Shown: in pieces, positions 1-9,276 of the stretch
How positions within the stretch are numbered: position 1 is the stretch's first letter
Layout: each line of letters begins with the position of its first letter
DNA from: Candidatus Latescibacterota bacterium
GTDB lineage: Bacteria > Latescibacterota > UBA2968
DNA: 64,000 bases
NCBI GenBank assembly: GCA_965222605.1
Contig: OZ244960.1
Span: 2,816,001 to 2,880,000 of the forward strand
Direction of reading: 5' to 3'
Made by a program: the position numbers and the translations under genes
The notes under the pieces: model-generated
Told to the model about the DNA's origin: nothing
What the model saw: the letters and a program-made list of their open reading frames with translations, nothing else
Database searches by the model: none

Positions 1-151
1 GGAAACCGCTCTCCGGTATGTGATCTCGCACAGATCCAATCCCGTCGTCATTCCGGGCGCAACAAAAGTCGAACAAGTAATAGGCAATGCTCGGGCAGGT
101 GCCGTCTTGCTGGATGAGGGCTTGTATCGGAAATTGGGGGCTATTGCGTAA
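1..151 (+). CDS. Aldo/keto reductase, C-terminal fragment (cut by window edge)
   Basis: Frame from nt 2 reads ETALRYVISHRSNPVVIPGATKVEQVIGNARAG...; AKR C-terminal 'ALR...VIPG...EQ..N' pattern; TAA at 149-151. Confidence 0.75.
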   Translation, partial: ETALRYVISHRSNPVVIPGATKVEQVIGNARAGAVLLDEGLYRKLGAIA

Positions 152-181
152 CGTCATTTACATAACCAGAGGAAAGATCTA

Positions 182-1177
182 ATGCAAATACGGATTCCAT
201 TTAATGAGTTAAAAGAGGCATTTGTTGCGGCACTCCTGAAGGCGGGATTGTCAGAGGACCGCGCGGAACTATGCGGGCGATTATTCGCAGAGAATCAACG
301 CGACGGCGTATATTCCCATGGACTGAACCGATTTCCCGGGCTATTGGCAAAACTGCGCGAAGGACGATTAGATGGTGCTGCCGAACCCGAATGCGTGAAA
401 ACACTGGGCGTCGTGGAGCAATGGGATGGCAAAATGGGGATTGGGCTAATCAATGCCCATCTCGCGATGGGACGCGCAATTGAAATAGCAAAAACAAACG
501 GCATGGGATGCATAGGCTTGCGCAACACAAATCACTGGATGCGTGCAGGAGCTTATGGCCTGCAAGCCGCCGATGCGGGATGTATCGGCATGTGCTGGAC
601 CAACACAACCCCGCTCATGCCACCCTGGGGCGCAACGGAGAAACGCATTGGAAACAATCCAATGACAATGGCGATCCCGAGAAAAAATGGACATATTCTC
701 CTGGACATGGCGATGAGCCAGTATTCCAATGGCAAATTAGAAGTCTTGCAAGCGCGAGGAGAAACATTGCCTATCGCCGGTGGTTTTGATACCGAGGGCA
801 ATCTGACCTGCGACCCCGGCGCCATTCTCGATTCCAAACGCGCCCTCCCAATTGGCTACTGGAAAGGATCGGCACTCGCGATCGTACTCGACACCCTGGC
901 CGCGCTATTATCGGGCGGTCAGGCAACACACAATATCGGCGCGCAAGGCGATGAACATGCCGTATCGCAGACCTATATTGCCATTGATGTCACATCGTTA
1001 AACGGACGGGAATGGTGTGAACGAATTGTAAACGGCATAATTGACGACCTGCATGAAGTTCACGAATCTGCACGCTATCCCGGCGAAGGCATGCTGCGAA
1101 CGCGACGCGAGAGTCTGGAGAAAGGGGTGGTGGTAGAGGAGGATCAGTGGGAAGGATTATTGAAGATAACTGATTAA
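182..1177 (+). CDS. dlgD: 3-dehydro-L-gulonate 2-dehydrogenase (Ldh_2 family)
   Basis: DGVYSHGLNRF, LRNTNHWMRAGAYG, IGNNP, LPIGYWKGS motifs typical of YiaK/DlgD; GAGGA RBS. Confidence 0.85.
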   Translation: MQIRIPFNELKEAFVAALLKAGLSEDRAELCGRLFAENQRDGVYSHGLNRFPGLLAKLREGRLDGAAEPECVKTLGVVEQWDGKMGIGLINAHLAMGRAIEIAKTNGMGCIGLRNTNHWMRAGAYGLQAADAGCIGMCWTNTTPLMPPWGATEKRIGNNPMTMAIPRKNGHILLDMAMSQYSNGKLEVLQARGETLPIAGGFDTEGNLTCDPGAILDSKRALPIGYWKGSALAIVLDTLAALLSGGQATHNIGAQGDEHAVSQTYIAIDVTSLNGREWCERIVNGIIDDLHEVHESARYPGEGMLRTRRESLEKGVVVEEDQWEGLLKITD

Positions 1178-1216
1178 ACCATTTTTCAAGGCTGAACTTT
1201 CTACAGGAGCGTTTTT

Positions 1217-2071
1217 ATGTCTAACCCTTTATTACCCACGACCAATGCCGACGGCTTGTCCGTCGTGCCCATGAGTGAAGAGCAGAAATACCTGTTTGAT
1301 CTGAAAGGATGGATCTGCTTGCCCGGCTTGCTCAGTGAAGAAGAACTCATACCCGTGCGCGAACACCAGATGAAATTTCTGTACGAACGCGACTCATTAC
1401 CCCCCGATGAACGCGACAATCACGGCGGCGCATCGCAGATCCTACTCGATCACCCGGCCGTAGTCGGTGTATTAAACGAAATCATTTCACATCAGGCACT
1501 GGCAAACGAAACCTGCTACGGATTTCGGTATGACCATACCTATACGAGTCATCGACAGGCTGGTCACGACAACTTTCGTCCCCATGGCGGAGGTGGATAC
1601 TTCAACTTTCTCGGAAATTCCCACATCTATCAAATGCAACCGGGAAAAATTCACGCGGGATTGATTCGCGTCGTCTGGGAATTAAATGAGGTGAGAGAGG
1701 GTGACGGCGGCACGATGTTCTTATCGGGCAGTCACAAAGCCGCATTCCCGCGACCTGACACACTGAGTACGCGCGAGAGCAATTTATGGGACACGTATTC
1801 CTGCGCGGGAGGATCCGCACTGATCTTCACCGAAGCCCTGTGTCACTCGGGCACAAAATGGGTCAACGAAGAATGGGATCGGTTGAGCCTATTCACATGT
1901 TATAACACCGTGAATGCAAAATGGGGCAAAGGATGCCCGCCGCCTGAAGTCATTGCCGCGATGCCCCCAAAGCGGCAAACCCTGTTCCGCGGCGTCTGGC
2001 ACGGCATGCGCGAAGTACCGAATGTGAATAGGTATTACGACGAAGTAAATATCGGAAGATATGCAGAATAA
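1217..2071 (+). CDS. Phytanoyl-CoA dioxygenase (PhyH) family Fe(II)/2OG enzyme, HxG variant
   Basis: EQKYLFDLKGW N-terminus, GSHKA, FTEALCHSG; first metal motif reads PHGGG rather than HxD. Confidence 0.75.
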   Translation: MSNPLLPTTNADGLSVVPMSEEQKYLFDLKGWICLPGLLSEEELIPVREHQMKFLYERDSLPPDERDNHGGASQILLDHPAVVGVLNEIISHQALANETCYGFRYDHTYTSHRQAGHDNFRPHGGGGYFNFLGNSHIYQMQPGKIHAGLIRVVWELNEVREGDGGTMFLSGSHKAAFPRPDTLSTRESNLWDTYSCAGGSALIFTEALCHSGTKWVNEEWDRLSLFTCYNTVNAKWGKGCPPPEVIAAMPPKRQTLFRGVWHGMREVPNVNRYYDEVNIGRYAE

Positions 2072-2086
2072 AAACAGGAGTGAACC

Positions 2087-2740
2087 ATGAACGTATTGAT
2101 CACCTCGGGCAAAACAGCATTAGCCCGGGCACTATCAGCGGATTTGGCAAAAGAGCACGAAATCGTATTGACGGATCTCGTGGATGTGGAAACAGATTGC
2201 GATTTTGTCAAATGTGAACTCGGGCACGAAGGAGAGACAGAAGCCCTCGTACAGGGAATGGATGCCATTGTACATCTCGCGGAATTGCCCGAAGAATTGA
2301 AAAGTGATGAACGGGAAATGGACTTTCAGACGCGGTGTACTTATAACATCATGCACGCAGCAAAAGAAAAAAACGTGCCGCATGTCGTCTTTATCAGTTC
2401 CCTGAGCTTATTCGCGTCCTGCGATCCCAACTGGAATGTCACAGAAGTCTGGGCACCGCGACCCTCGACAGAATCGGCACCTATGGCGCGCTACCTGGGT
2501 GAATTTACCTGCCGAGAATTTGCGCGAGAGCATTCGGTGCGCGTAACATGCTTGCGATTTGGAGACATAGACAGCAATGGCGACACAGCATTGACAACAG
2601 AAGACGCGGTAAAAGCCATTGGAAAAGCACTGGTAAAAAACGGTCCCATGTGGCAGATATTGCACATGCAATCAGAAGTTGCAAATGCTCGGTTCCCTAC
2701 AGACCAGGCAAAACAAGTATTGGGCCTTAACGAACAATAA
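2087..2740 (+). CDS. NAD-dependent epimerase/dehydratase family protein (degenerate motifs)
   Basis: MNVLITSG, DAIVHLA, VVFISS, CLRFG; YxxxK not evident. Confidence 0.7.
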   Translation: MNVLITSGKTALARALSADLAKEHEIVLTDLVDVETDCDFVKCELGHEGETEALVQGMDAIVHLAELPEELKSDEREMDFQTRCTYNIMHAAKEKNVPHVVFISSLSLFASCDPNWNVTEVWAPRPSTESAPMARYLGEFTCREFAREHSVRVTCLRFGDIDSNGDTALTTEDAVKAIGKALVKNGPMWQILHMQSEVANARFPTDQAKQVLGLNEQ

Positions 2741-2750
2741 TGAGGTCAAC

Positions 2751-3479
2751 ATGAAAGTCGTAATCTACGGAAGCAATGGCCAGTTAGGACCGCATGTGGT
2801 GAAAGCTCTGGAGGGACATGTAGATCTGCGCTTGACCGACCTGGAGCCATTTGACACACCGCACGAAATGATGATAGTAGATGTATCAGACCCCGATGCG
2901 GTCACACGCGCGGCAGAGGGAATGGATGCAATCATCAACCTATCGGTCTTGCGCCCCCACCGACAGATCGCCTTTGACGTAAATACCATGGGATGCTACA
3001 ACATCATGCGCGCAGCGGTTGAGCACGGTATCCCGCGGGTCATCAATACAGGACCGCATTTTACCGTACAGGGCGCACCTTATGAGGCATTGGATTACAA
3101 CATCGGTCCCGATGTCCCACCCAAACCCAGCACAAATCTGTACGCCCTATCCAAGGGCCTGGGTCAAGAAATCTGCCGAATCTTTACCGCGCAGAGCGAT
3201 GTCTATGTATTGTGTTACTTATTCTACATCTTCTGCTATCACGACGACCTGTCAAGACCCGGTCTAAACCGCCCGTTTCTCGTAACATGGCGAGATGCAT
3301 CAGCGGCATTCTTACCGGGCCTGACCATAGATCTCCAAACACTGCCATCGCAATGCGAAGTCTTCAACATCTTTGCAAACCGACCACACCAGAAATTCTC
3401 AAACGAAAAAGCAAAACGCATTCTGGGATGGCAGCCTAAGGATGACCTGGAGCATACGTATCTCAAATCCAACGTGTAA
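2751..3479 (+). CDS. NAD-dependent epimerase/dehydratase (uronate dehydrogenase-like)
   Basis: ATG at 2751 after GAGG; GSNGQLG Rossmann motif, YALSK catalytic motif, LGWQPK C-terminus. Confidence 0.8.
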   Translation: MKVVIYGSNGQLGPHVVKALEGHVDLRLTDLEPFDTPHEMMIVDVSDPDAVTRAAEGMDAIINLSVLRPHRQIAFDVNTMGCYNIMRAAVEHGIPRVINTGPHFTVQGAPYEALDYNIGPDVPPKPSTNLYALSKGLGQEICRIFTAQSDVYVLCYLFYIFCYHDDLSRPGLNRPFLVTWRDASAAFLPGLTIDLQTLPSQCEVFNIFANRPHQKFSNEKAKRILGWQPKDDLEHTYLKSNV

Positions 3480-3501
3480 ATAGTCAACCGGAGCAACTCC
3501 G

Positions 3502-4857
3502 ATGATTACCTCGATCCGCCTCGTAAATTTCAAAAACTTCGCCGACGAAACCCTGCGCGTAGGTCCATTTACGGTAATCGTAGGCGCAAACGCCAGCGGC
3601 AAGAGCAATATCCGCGACGCCTTCCGCTTCCTGCACGGCATAGGTCGTGGCTATACCCTGGCGGAGATTATCGGCGGAAAATACGGCTCGGATTGGGAAC
3701 CAATTCGCGGCGCTGGAAATGAGATTGCGCGATTTTGCCCTCCCTATATGCCGTCCGAATTCTCCCTTCATGTCGAACTAACGCTCTCAGGGATAAAGAC
3801 ATATTATTCGATTAAGGTCGGATTAAACCCAACAAATTCCGAAGGGTTCCGCGTATTAGAGGAAGAGCTAAGGACCGAATCCGCAATAATCTATACGACC
3901 ATGAAAACTTCCGAATCCGATCTCTGGTTGCAGGTAGGAGAGAATGGTGAAAGGCAGATCGGCCTTAGCCGGTCTCAACCGGCCCTCACTCAGTTTCTTC
4001 AGAAATACAAGGAGATATGGTACCAGCAAATATCCGACTTGGGCCTTCACTCTGTGCTTGAGAGTATGCGCTTTCTGGACCTGTCTCCAGACAGAATGCG
4101 AGAGGCTTCTTTCCCCGGTGCGAACAGGTTGGGCGATTTTGGTGAAAATTTGCCGACTGTATTGGAGGAAATTTGCACTGACCCCAAACGACAGAAGATT
4201 CTGACAAGTTGGGTACACGAACTCACGCCCATGGATGTACAGGGGTTCGAGTTCCCGCCTGATCCGAGTGGTCGAATTCATCTCATGCTCTGCGAGGCAA
4301 ACGGCAGAAAGGTGTCCGCCGATAGCGCGTCAGACGGCACCTTGCGTTTTCTCGCCATGCTGGCCACGCTACTCGGCAAATATTCCGAGGGCCTATATTT
4401 CTTTGAAGAAATCGACACTGGTATTCACCCAACACGGCTGCATTTATTAATGGACTTGATTGAAGGGCAAACCGCGAAGCAAGGTATTCAGGTAATCACC
4501 ACGACCCATGCGCCAACCCTATTGACTGTAATGAACGATCATACGTTCGAGAACACATCCATAGTGTGCCGGCTGGAAGACTCTTCCGATGCTATTATCC
4601 GCCCGGTTGTCGATCTTCCCAATGTGCGGGAACTGCGGCAGGATCAAGGGCTGGGACGGTTACATGAATCTGGATGGATGGAGAACGCGCTTTATTTCAC
4701 CGAAGACTACGACGAAAAGGACTTCGTTGCAGTTGACCGGCTCCGAGATAAGATGAGGAACAATGATCCCGATTACGTCGAAACACAGATTGTGAAAGCT
4801 GTTGCTGAGGTCAAGGCCAATTCAGGAGACACCAGTGCCATTTGTCGCCCATTATAA
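3502..4857 (+). CDS. ABC-type AAA ATPase (AAA_21/AAA_15-like, defence-associated class) with foreign-looking C-terminal tail
   Basis: NFKNF, Walker A GANASGKSN, signature SASDGTLR, Walker B FFEEIDTGIHP, H-loop TTHAP. Confidence 0.8.
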   Translation: MITSIRLVNFKNFADETLRVGPFTVIVGANASGKSNIRDAFRFLHGIGRGYTLAEIIGGKYGSDWEPIRGAGNEIARFCPPYMPSEFSLHVELTLSGIKTYYSIKVGLNPTNSEGFRVLEEELRTESAIIYTTMKTSESDLWLQVGENGERQIGLSRSQPALTQFLQKYKEIWYQQISDLGLHSVLESMRFLDLSPDRMREASFPGANRLGDFGENLPTVLEEICTDPKRQKILTSWVHELTPMDVQGFEFPPDPSGRIHLMLCEANGRKVSADSASDGTLRFLAMLATLLGKYSEGLYFFEEIDTGIHPTRLHLLMDLIEGQTAKQGIQVITTTHAPTLLTVMNDHTFENTSIVCRLEDSSDAIIRPVVDLPNVRELRQDQGLGRLHESGWMENALYFTEDYDEKDFVAVDRLRDKMRNNDPDYVETQIVKAVAEVKANSGDTSAICRPL

Positions 4858-5241
4858 AGGATGCTTGTGTAGCAACTTCTGCACTACCCACTAAAGCGAA
4901 GTAACTCCACATGACTCAGATGTGCAAGAATTATCTGAAGCGATTCACAACATGCCTGATTTAACAGAGAAAGAAATAGATCTTCAACGCCAAAGATATC
5001 GTCAAATGTATGAGGTCAGGGCGCATCATTGAATTAAAGCGTGAACTGACCTGGACCAGTTGTACCCCGTCCCCAATGCAGGTTCTTGCCGATTATGCCC
5101 CGATGCCGTAATTTGTTAAAAAGGCCGCAATTGCCTATACTACGGAAACTCGAGTTGATTGATGACGGCACCATTTGACTCGGTCCAGGATTGAGAATCT
5201 GATAATCGTATTATTTATATTAGTATATAGCGGAGACAAAC

Positions 5242-6951
5242 ATGGCACTTCATAGTGCTGAGCAAAACGTCGCGAACAAGCAGCCATTGAGTGCTCTGGT
5301 AGCGGATCCCACTTACCGCGAAATTTCGCGGATCAATCCTCGCCGTCTCCTGGGGGCGTACTACACCCCCGACGCACTCGCAAGTATTTTGGCAACATGG
5401 GCACTCGCACCTGGGAAGGGCAATGTCCTGGATCCGAGCTTTGGCGGGTGTGCATTCCTTAATGCGGCAACGACTATCCTGGCCTCCAGAGGTGTTTCAG
5501 AGCCTGGTAAGCGGGTCTTCGGCGTTGATGTGGACCCAACGTGTATGGAGTATGTACTCAAGGATCAAAATCTCATTGAGAAGAACTGCATTATTCAAGA
5601 CTTTCTCAGCTTGTCTCCGAAGGATATACCCGGGGCACCCTTTCACGCCATAACCGGCAATCCTCCCTACGTGCGTCACCACTGGTTTAATGGAACGACC
5701 CGAAAGGCAGGCCGGGCAGCCATGGCCGACGCCGGAGTGGCACTTCCCGATACAGCGAGCGCCTGGGCGTATTTTTTGGTCCACACACTGAGCTTTATCG
5801 CGAAGAACGGCCGGCTCGCAATGCTTGTTCCGGAAGCGATCCTTCAGGCTGACTACGCCACTATCGTCAGGGACTTGCTCACATCCCGTTTCGATCATGT
5901 TTGTCTGGTTCACATTCGCGACCGTCTATTTGAAGGTACAGACGAAGCCGTGGTCGCAGTCGCCGCTTCGCAATATGGTGGTAAAAGAGGCACCTTGCGC
6001 GTTGAAGCTGTCGAGCGATCCGAGGATTTAGCAGCTGTCCTGGACACCCCAAAAGGCGGGAGTTCTACTTCCCATTTGACAACCCCAAAAGGTCGCCGCA
6101 TTGACTCGCTGACTGTCCAATTGCTCGGTGAATTGGAGCAACATTCTGCAGTCCAAAAGGTCTCCGATGTCGCAACCGTGAGGATTGGTTTGGTCACAGG
6201 TGCCAATAAATACTTCATCCGTAATGCCAAAAATCTGAAACAAATCGGTGTTCCTCACGAGTCCTGGGTACGACTAATTTCTCGTACGCGATGGCTATCA
6301 GGACTGGATTTCACCAAAGAAGATCTCCAAAAACTCGTTGAAGCTGACCAACAGGCCATCCTGGTTCGGCCCACACTGGCGTGCGAAAATGCTCCCGGCA
6401 TCAAGCAGTGGATTGACGAGGGAATTGAGGCCGATGTTCACGAGCGATATAAATGCACCATACGCGATCCCTGGTTTCGTGTCGATCTAAAGCCCGTACC
6501 AGACGCCTTCGCCACATGCGCCCGTATGAGTGCTCCCTTGCTCGTTCTCAACCGGGTTGGTTGCCAATGTACCAATGCACTCCATGCCATGTATTTGCAT
6601 TGCGGAAGCGATGCCTCTCTACCTGCCATCGCTGTGGGGTTCCTCACGAGTGCCGTGAGTGTCTGGGCAGAACTCCACGGACGTCGGTACGGAGGAGGCG
6701 TCTTGAAGATGGAACCCGGCACGCTGAATAAAACGCCGGTACCAATAATTCAGGACGCGGAAGATGCCTTTGATGAATTGAATAAACTCATTCGAGATGG
6801 GCGAGAAACCGAAGCAAGAGAACTGGCGGACAATCTCGTTCTTGGAGATCTATTGGGCTTACCAAAGAAAGATATTCAGCGATTACAGCAGGCACACATC
6901 CAGTTGATGATCCAACGCCGACCCACCAGAAATGGAACCAACCATGGCTAA
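5242..6951 (+). CDS. N6-adenine-type DNA methyltransferase (gamma-class order, TaqI/Eco57I-like) with C-terminal TRD region
   Basis: GAYYTP (motif X), VLDPSFGGCAFL (motif I), GVDVD, GNPPY (motif IV), RIGLVTGANKYF, GRRYGGGVLKMEP. Confidence 0.88.
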   Translation: MALHSAEQNVANKQPLSALVADPTYREISRINPRRLLGAYYTPDALASILATWALAPGKGNVLDPSFGGCAFLNAATTILASRGVSEPGKRVFGVDVDPTCMEYVLKDQNLIEKNCIIQDFLSLSPKDIPGAPFHAITGNPPYVRHHWFNGTTRKAGRAAMADAGVALPDTASAWAYFLVHTLSFIAKNGRLAMLVPEAILQADYATIVRDLLTSRFDHVCLVHIRDRLFEGTDEAVVAVAASQYGGKRGTLRVEAVERSEDLAAVLDTPKGGSSTSHLTTPKGRRIDSLTVQLLGELEQHSAVQKVSDVATVRIGLVTGANKYFIRNAKNLKQIGVPHESWVRLISRTRWLSGLDFTKEDLQKLVEADQQAILVRPTLACENAPGIKQWIDEGIEADVHERYKCTIRDPWFRVDLKPVPDAFATCARMSAPLLVLNRVGCQCTNALHAMYLHCGSDASLPAIAVGFLTSAVSVWAELHGRRYGGGVLKMEPGTLNKTPVPIIQDAEDAFDELNKLIRDGRETEARELADNLVLGDLLGLPKKDIQRLQQAHIQLMIQRRPTRNGTNHG

Positions 6952-9268
6952 GCTCACTGTTGACACCCACTTGTTCCGAGAACTCGGGGAACTACTGGTC
7001 GGGCGCGACTCCACAGCCTTGATCGAACTGATCAAGAACGCCTACGACGCCGATGCGACCGAGGTCACTGTATATGGTGAGCGCCTCAATAATCCAGAAG
7101 AGGGACATATCCTGGTAATAGACGACGGCGTGGGCATGAATGCGGAAGCGTTCACGAAGGGATTTCTGCGGATTGCTTCGCGTCTAAAGGAGCAAGGGGA
7201 GCGGCGGTCCGCCCTGTTTCAACGCCGTTACACCGGTGCGAAGGGAATTGGTCGGCTTGCCGCTCATAAGCTCGCGAGAAAACTTGAAGTTGACAGCGTG
7301 CCACGATTCGCCGAATCGGATGGGATTCGAGAAGCTCTGAACGCCACAATAGATTGGGACAAAATCGAGCAGTACGAAACCCTGGATGACCTTGACTCTA
7401 CCGATGCGATTCTTCTGGAAACGAAGACGATACGCAAGAACGCTCATTCAGGAACGACACTTCTTCTATCGCAACTGCGAAAAGCTTGGACTGAGACTGA
7501 GCGTGCGAGGTTTTTTGCCGAGGTTCAATCGTTCGATCCTCCCTCATTTCTACGTGAGCCGCTCCCGCGATCAATTATCGAAAAGACACTGCTGTTTGAC
7601 ACACCAGTTATGCGAGACCAGGGTTCCGATGCTGTTGCTCCTCCATTCCAAGTGAACCTTGAAGGGGACTTTGCTGCTGGCGAGGACTACTTGGCACTTG
7701 TTGCCGAAGTCGCGACCTGGGTACTGGAGATACAGGCGGTTCCCGGCAGCGATGAAGTGCATTTTGCCGTCGCACCAACGAAGAGTAATCGAGAGGATAA
7801 TCCGGAAGCGGGAGAATTCAAGCAGTCGATCCCCCATCCCACTCCTGATAAAGGTCCGCATTTTGAGGCTCGCATCCTGATCCGAGAAGGGCATTTTAGG
7901 AGGCGCACGGATCAGCGGGTGTGGGGGACGCACGTCAGCGGGATCCGAGTTTATATGGAAGGATTCCGCGTCTTACCCTATGGAGATCAAAAGGACGACT
8001 GGCTCTCGATTGACGCTGATTATACGAGGCGCCCACGACAACTCGAGATGCTTGAAAAACTCCGTCTCGGTGTGGAAACGATGGACCCTGATGAGGGTCT
8101 CACCCGCATGCCGAGTAACAATTACTTTGGCGCGATTTTTCTTACCCAGGAACGTTGTCCCAGTCTGCGCGTTCTTGTGAACCGTGAGGGATTTATTCCA
8201 GAGGCCGGATTCGACACATTAGTGCATCTTGTGCGGACAGGTATTGATCTTTGTACGCGAGCAAGGGCAGCAGCGGGTTATGCCCGCCGCCAACAAAGGA
8301 GAGAAGACCGCCGTCGAGAATCAAAGGCTATAATGGATCAAACGGGTAGGGTTGAAGCTGATGATACTACGGACGAGTCCCCTGAGACGCATGAATTGCC
8401 CAATCGGCTTCAAGATGTGACTCAACTCCTGAAAGAAGCTCGCGAGCGCCTCAACGAAGGAGATACTAAGAAAGCCAAGGTCGCAGTCAGCGCAGCCATG
8501 CAAAAGCACGGTGGAACGCCGGAACTTGCTGCGGACCTGTGGTCCGAACGCTCACTCTTACATGTCCTAGCGTCCGTGGGTACGCAGATGGCGGCTTTCG
8601 TGCATGAGATCAATGCCTTGCTGGGAGCGGCGCAAACTATCGAGTACGCTCTGGAGCGTCTACTCAAAGAGGGAGGGTTGTCTCGCGAACAGCGACGGAG
8701 CCTTAGGCTAATATTGACGGTCACAGTGGATTTGAAGCGTGGATTGGAACGCCAGGCTGCTTACCTGATAGATATCGAAACTCCCGATGCTCGCCGCCGC
8801 CGGTCTCGACAGCGTTTATGTGAACGTTTCGACGCCGCGGTTCGTCTCGTACAGCATCAAGCAGAACGCCGAGGCATCAAAATTGATAACCAAATTCCAC
8901 CCGAATTGAGGTCTCCCCCGATGTTTTCCGCCGAGCTTACAGCGATATTCGCCAATCTCCTGACAAATGCGGTTAAAGCCGCTGGAGAGGATGGACATAT
9001 CTTCGCTTCAGCATCCAGTGCAGATGATCAAGTTCGAATTCGCATCCAGAACACCGGCACTGCTGTCCAACTCGGTGAGGCCGAGCACTGGTTCAAACCC
9101 TTCCAGTCAACAACATCTGTAGTAAACCCCGTGCTGGGCCAAGGAATGGGGCTGGGACTGACCATTACACGGAACCTGTTGGAGAACTATGGAGCAGTTG
9201 TGAAATTCGTCCAACCAGATAGCCCGTTTAAAACTGCTATCGAAATAGCCTTGCCAAATAGGAGTTAA
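6944..9268 (+). CDS. MORC-like GHKL ATPase fused to C-terminal histidine kinase
   Basis: ELIKNAYDADA, DDGVGM, GAKGIGRL, SGTTL (GHKL); GFRVLPYG/NREGF middle region; H-box FVHEIN, N-box NLLTNAVKA, F-box FKPF, G2 GMGLGL; ATG overlaps MTase stop. Confidence 0.85.
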   Translation: MAKLTVDTHLFRELGELLVGRDSTALIELIKNAYDADATEVTVYGERLNNPEEGHILVIDDGVGMNAEAFTKGFLRIASRLKEQGERRSALFQRRYTGAKGIGRLAAHKLARKLEVDSVPRFAESDGIREALNATIDWDKIEQYETLDDLDSTDAILLETKTIRKNAHSGTTLLLSQLRKAWTETERARFFAEVQSFDPPSFLREPLPRSIIEKTLLFDTPVMRDQGSDAVAPPFQVNLEGDFAAGEDYLALVAEVATWVLEIQAVPGSDEVHFAVAPTKSNREDNPEAGEFKQSIPHPTPDKGPHFEARILIREGHFRRRTDQRVWGTHVSGIRVYMEGFRVLPYGDQKDDWLSIDADYTRRPRQLEMLEKLRLGVETMDPDEGLTRMPSNNYFGAIFLTQERCPSLRVLVNREGFIPEAGFDTLVHLVRTGIDLCTRARAAAGYARRQQRREDRRRESKAIMDQTGRVEADDTTDESPETHELPNRLQDVTQLLKEARERLNEGDTKKAKVAVSAAMQKHGGTPELAADLWSERSLLHVLASVGTQMAAFVHEINALLGAAQTIEYALERLLKEGGLSREQRRSLRLILTVTVDLKRGLERQAAYLIDIETPDARRRRSRQRLCERFDAAVRLVQHQAERRGIKIDNQIPPELRSPPMFSAELTAIFANLLTNAVKAAGEDGHIFASASSADDQVRIRIQNTGTAVQLGEAEHWFKPFQSTTSVVNPVLGQGMGLGLTITRNLLENYGAVVKFVQPDSPFKTAIEIALPNRS

Positions 9269-9276
9269 CTGTACTC

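Noticed and set aside
141-168. TAA-N6-TTA dif-like site
   Set aside because: Only about 6/11 arm symmetry and it overlaps a stop codon; likely chance
5050-5189. 8-bp inverted repeat CCTGGACC/GGTCCAGG upstream of the MTase as a possible MITE
   Set aside because: Too short, no target duplication or second copy seen
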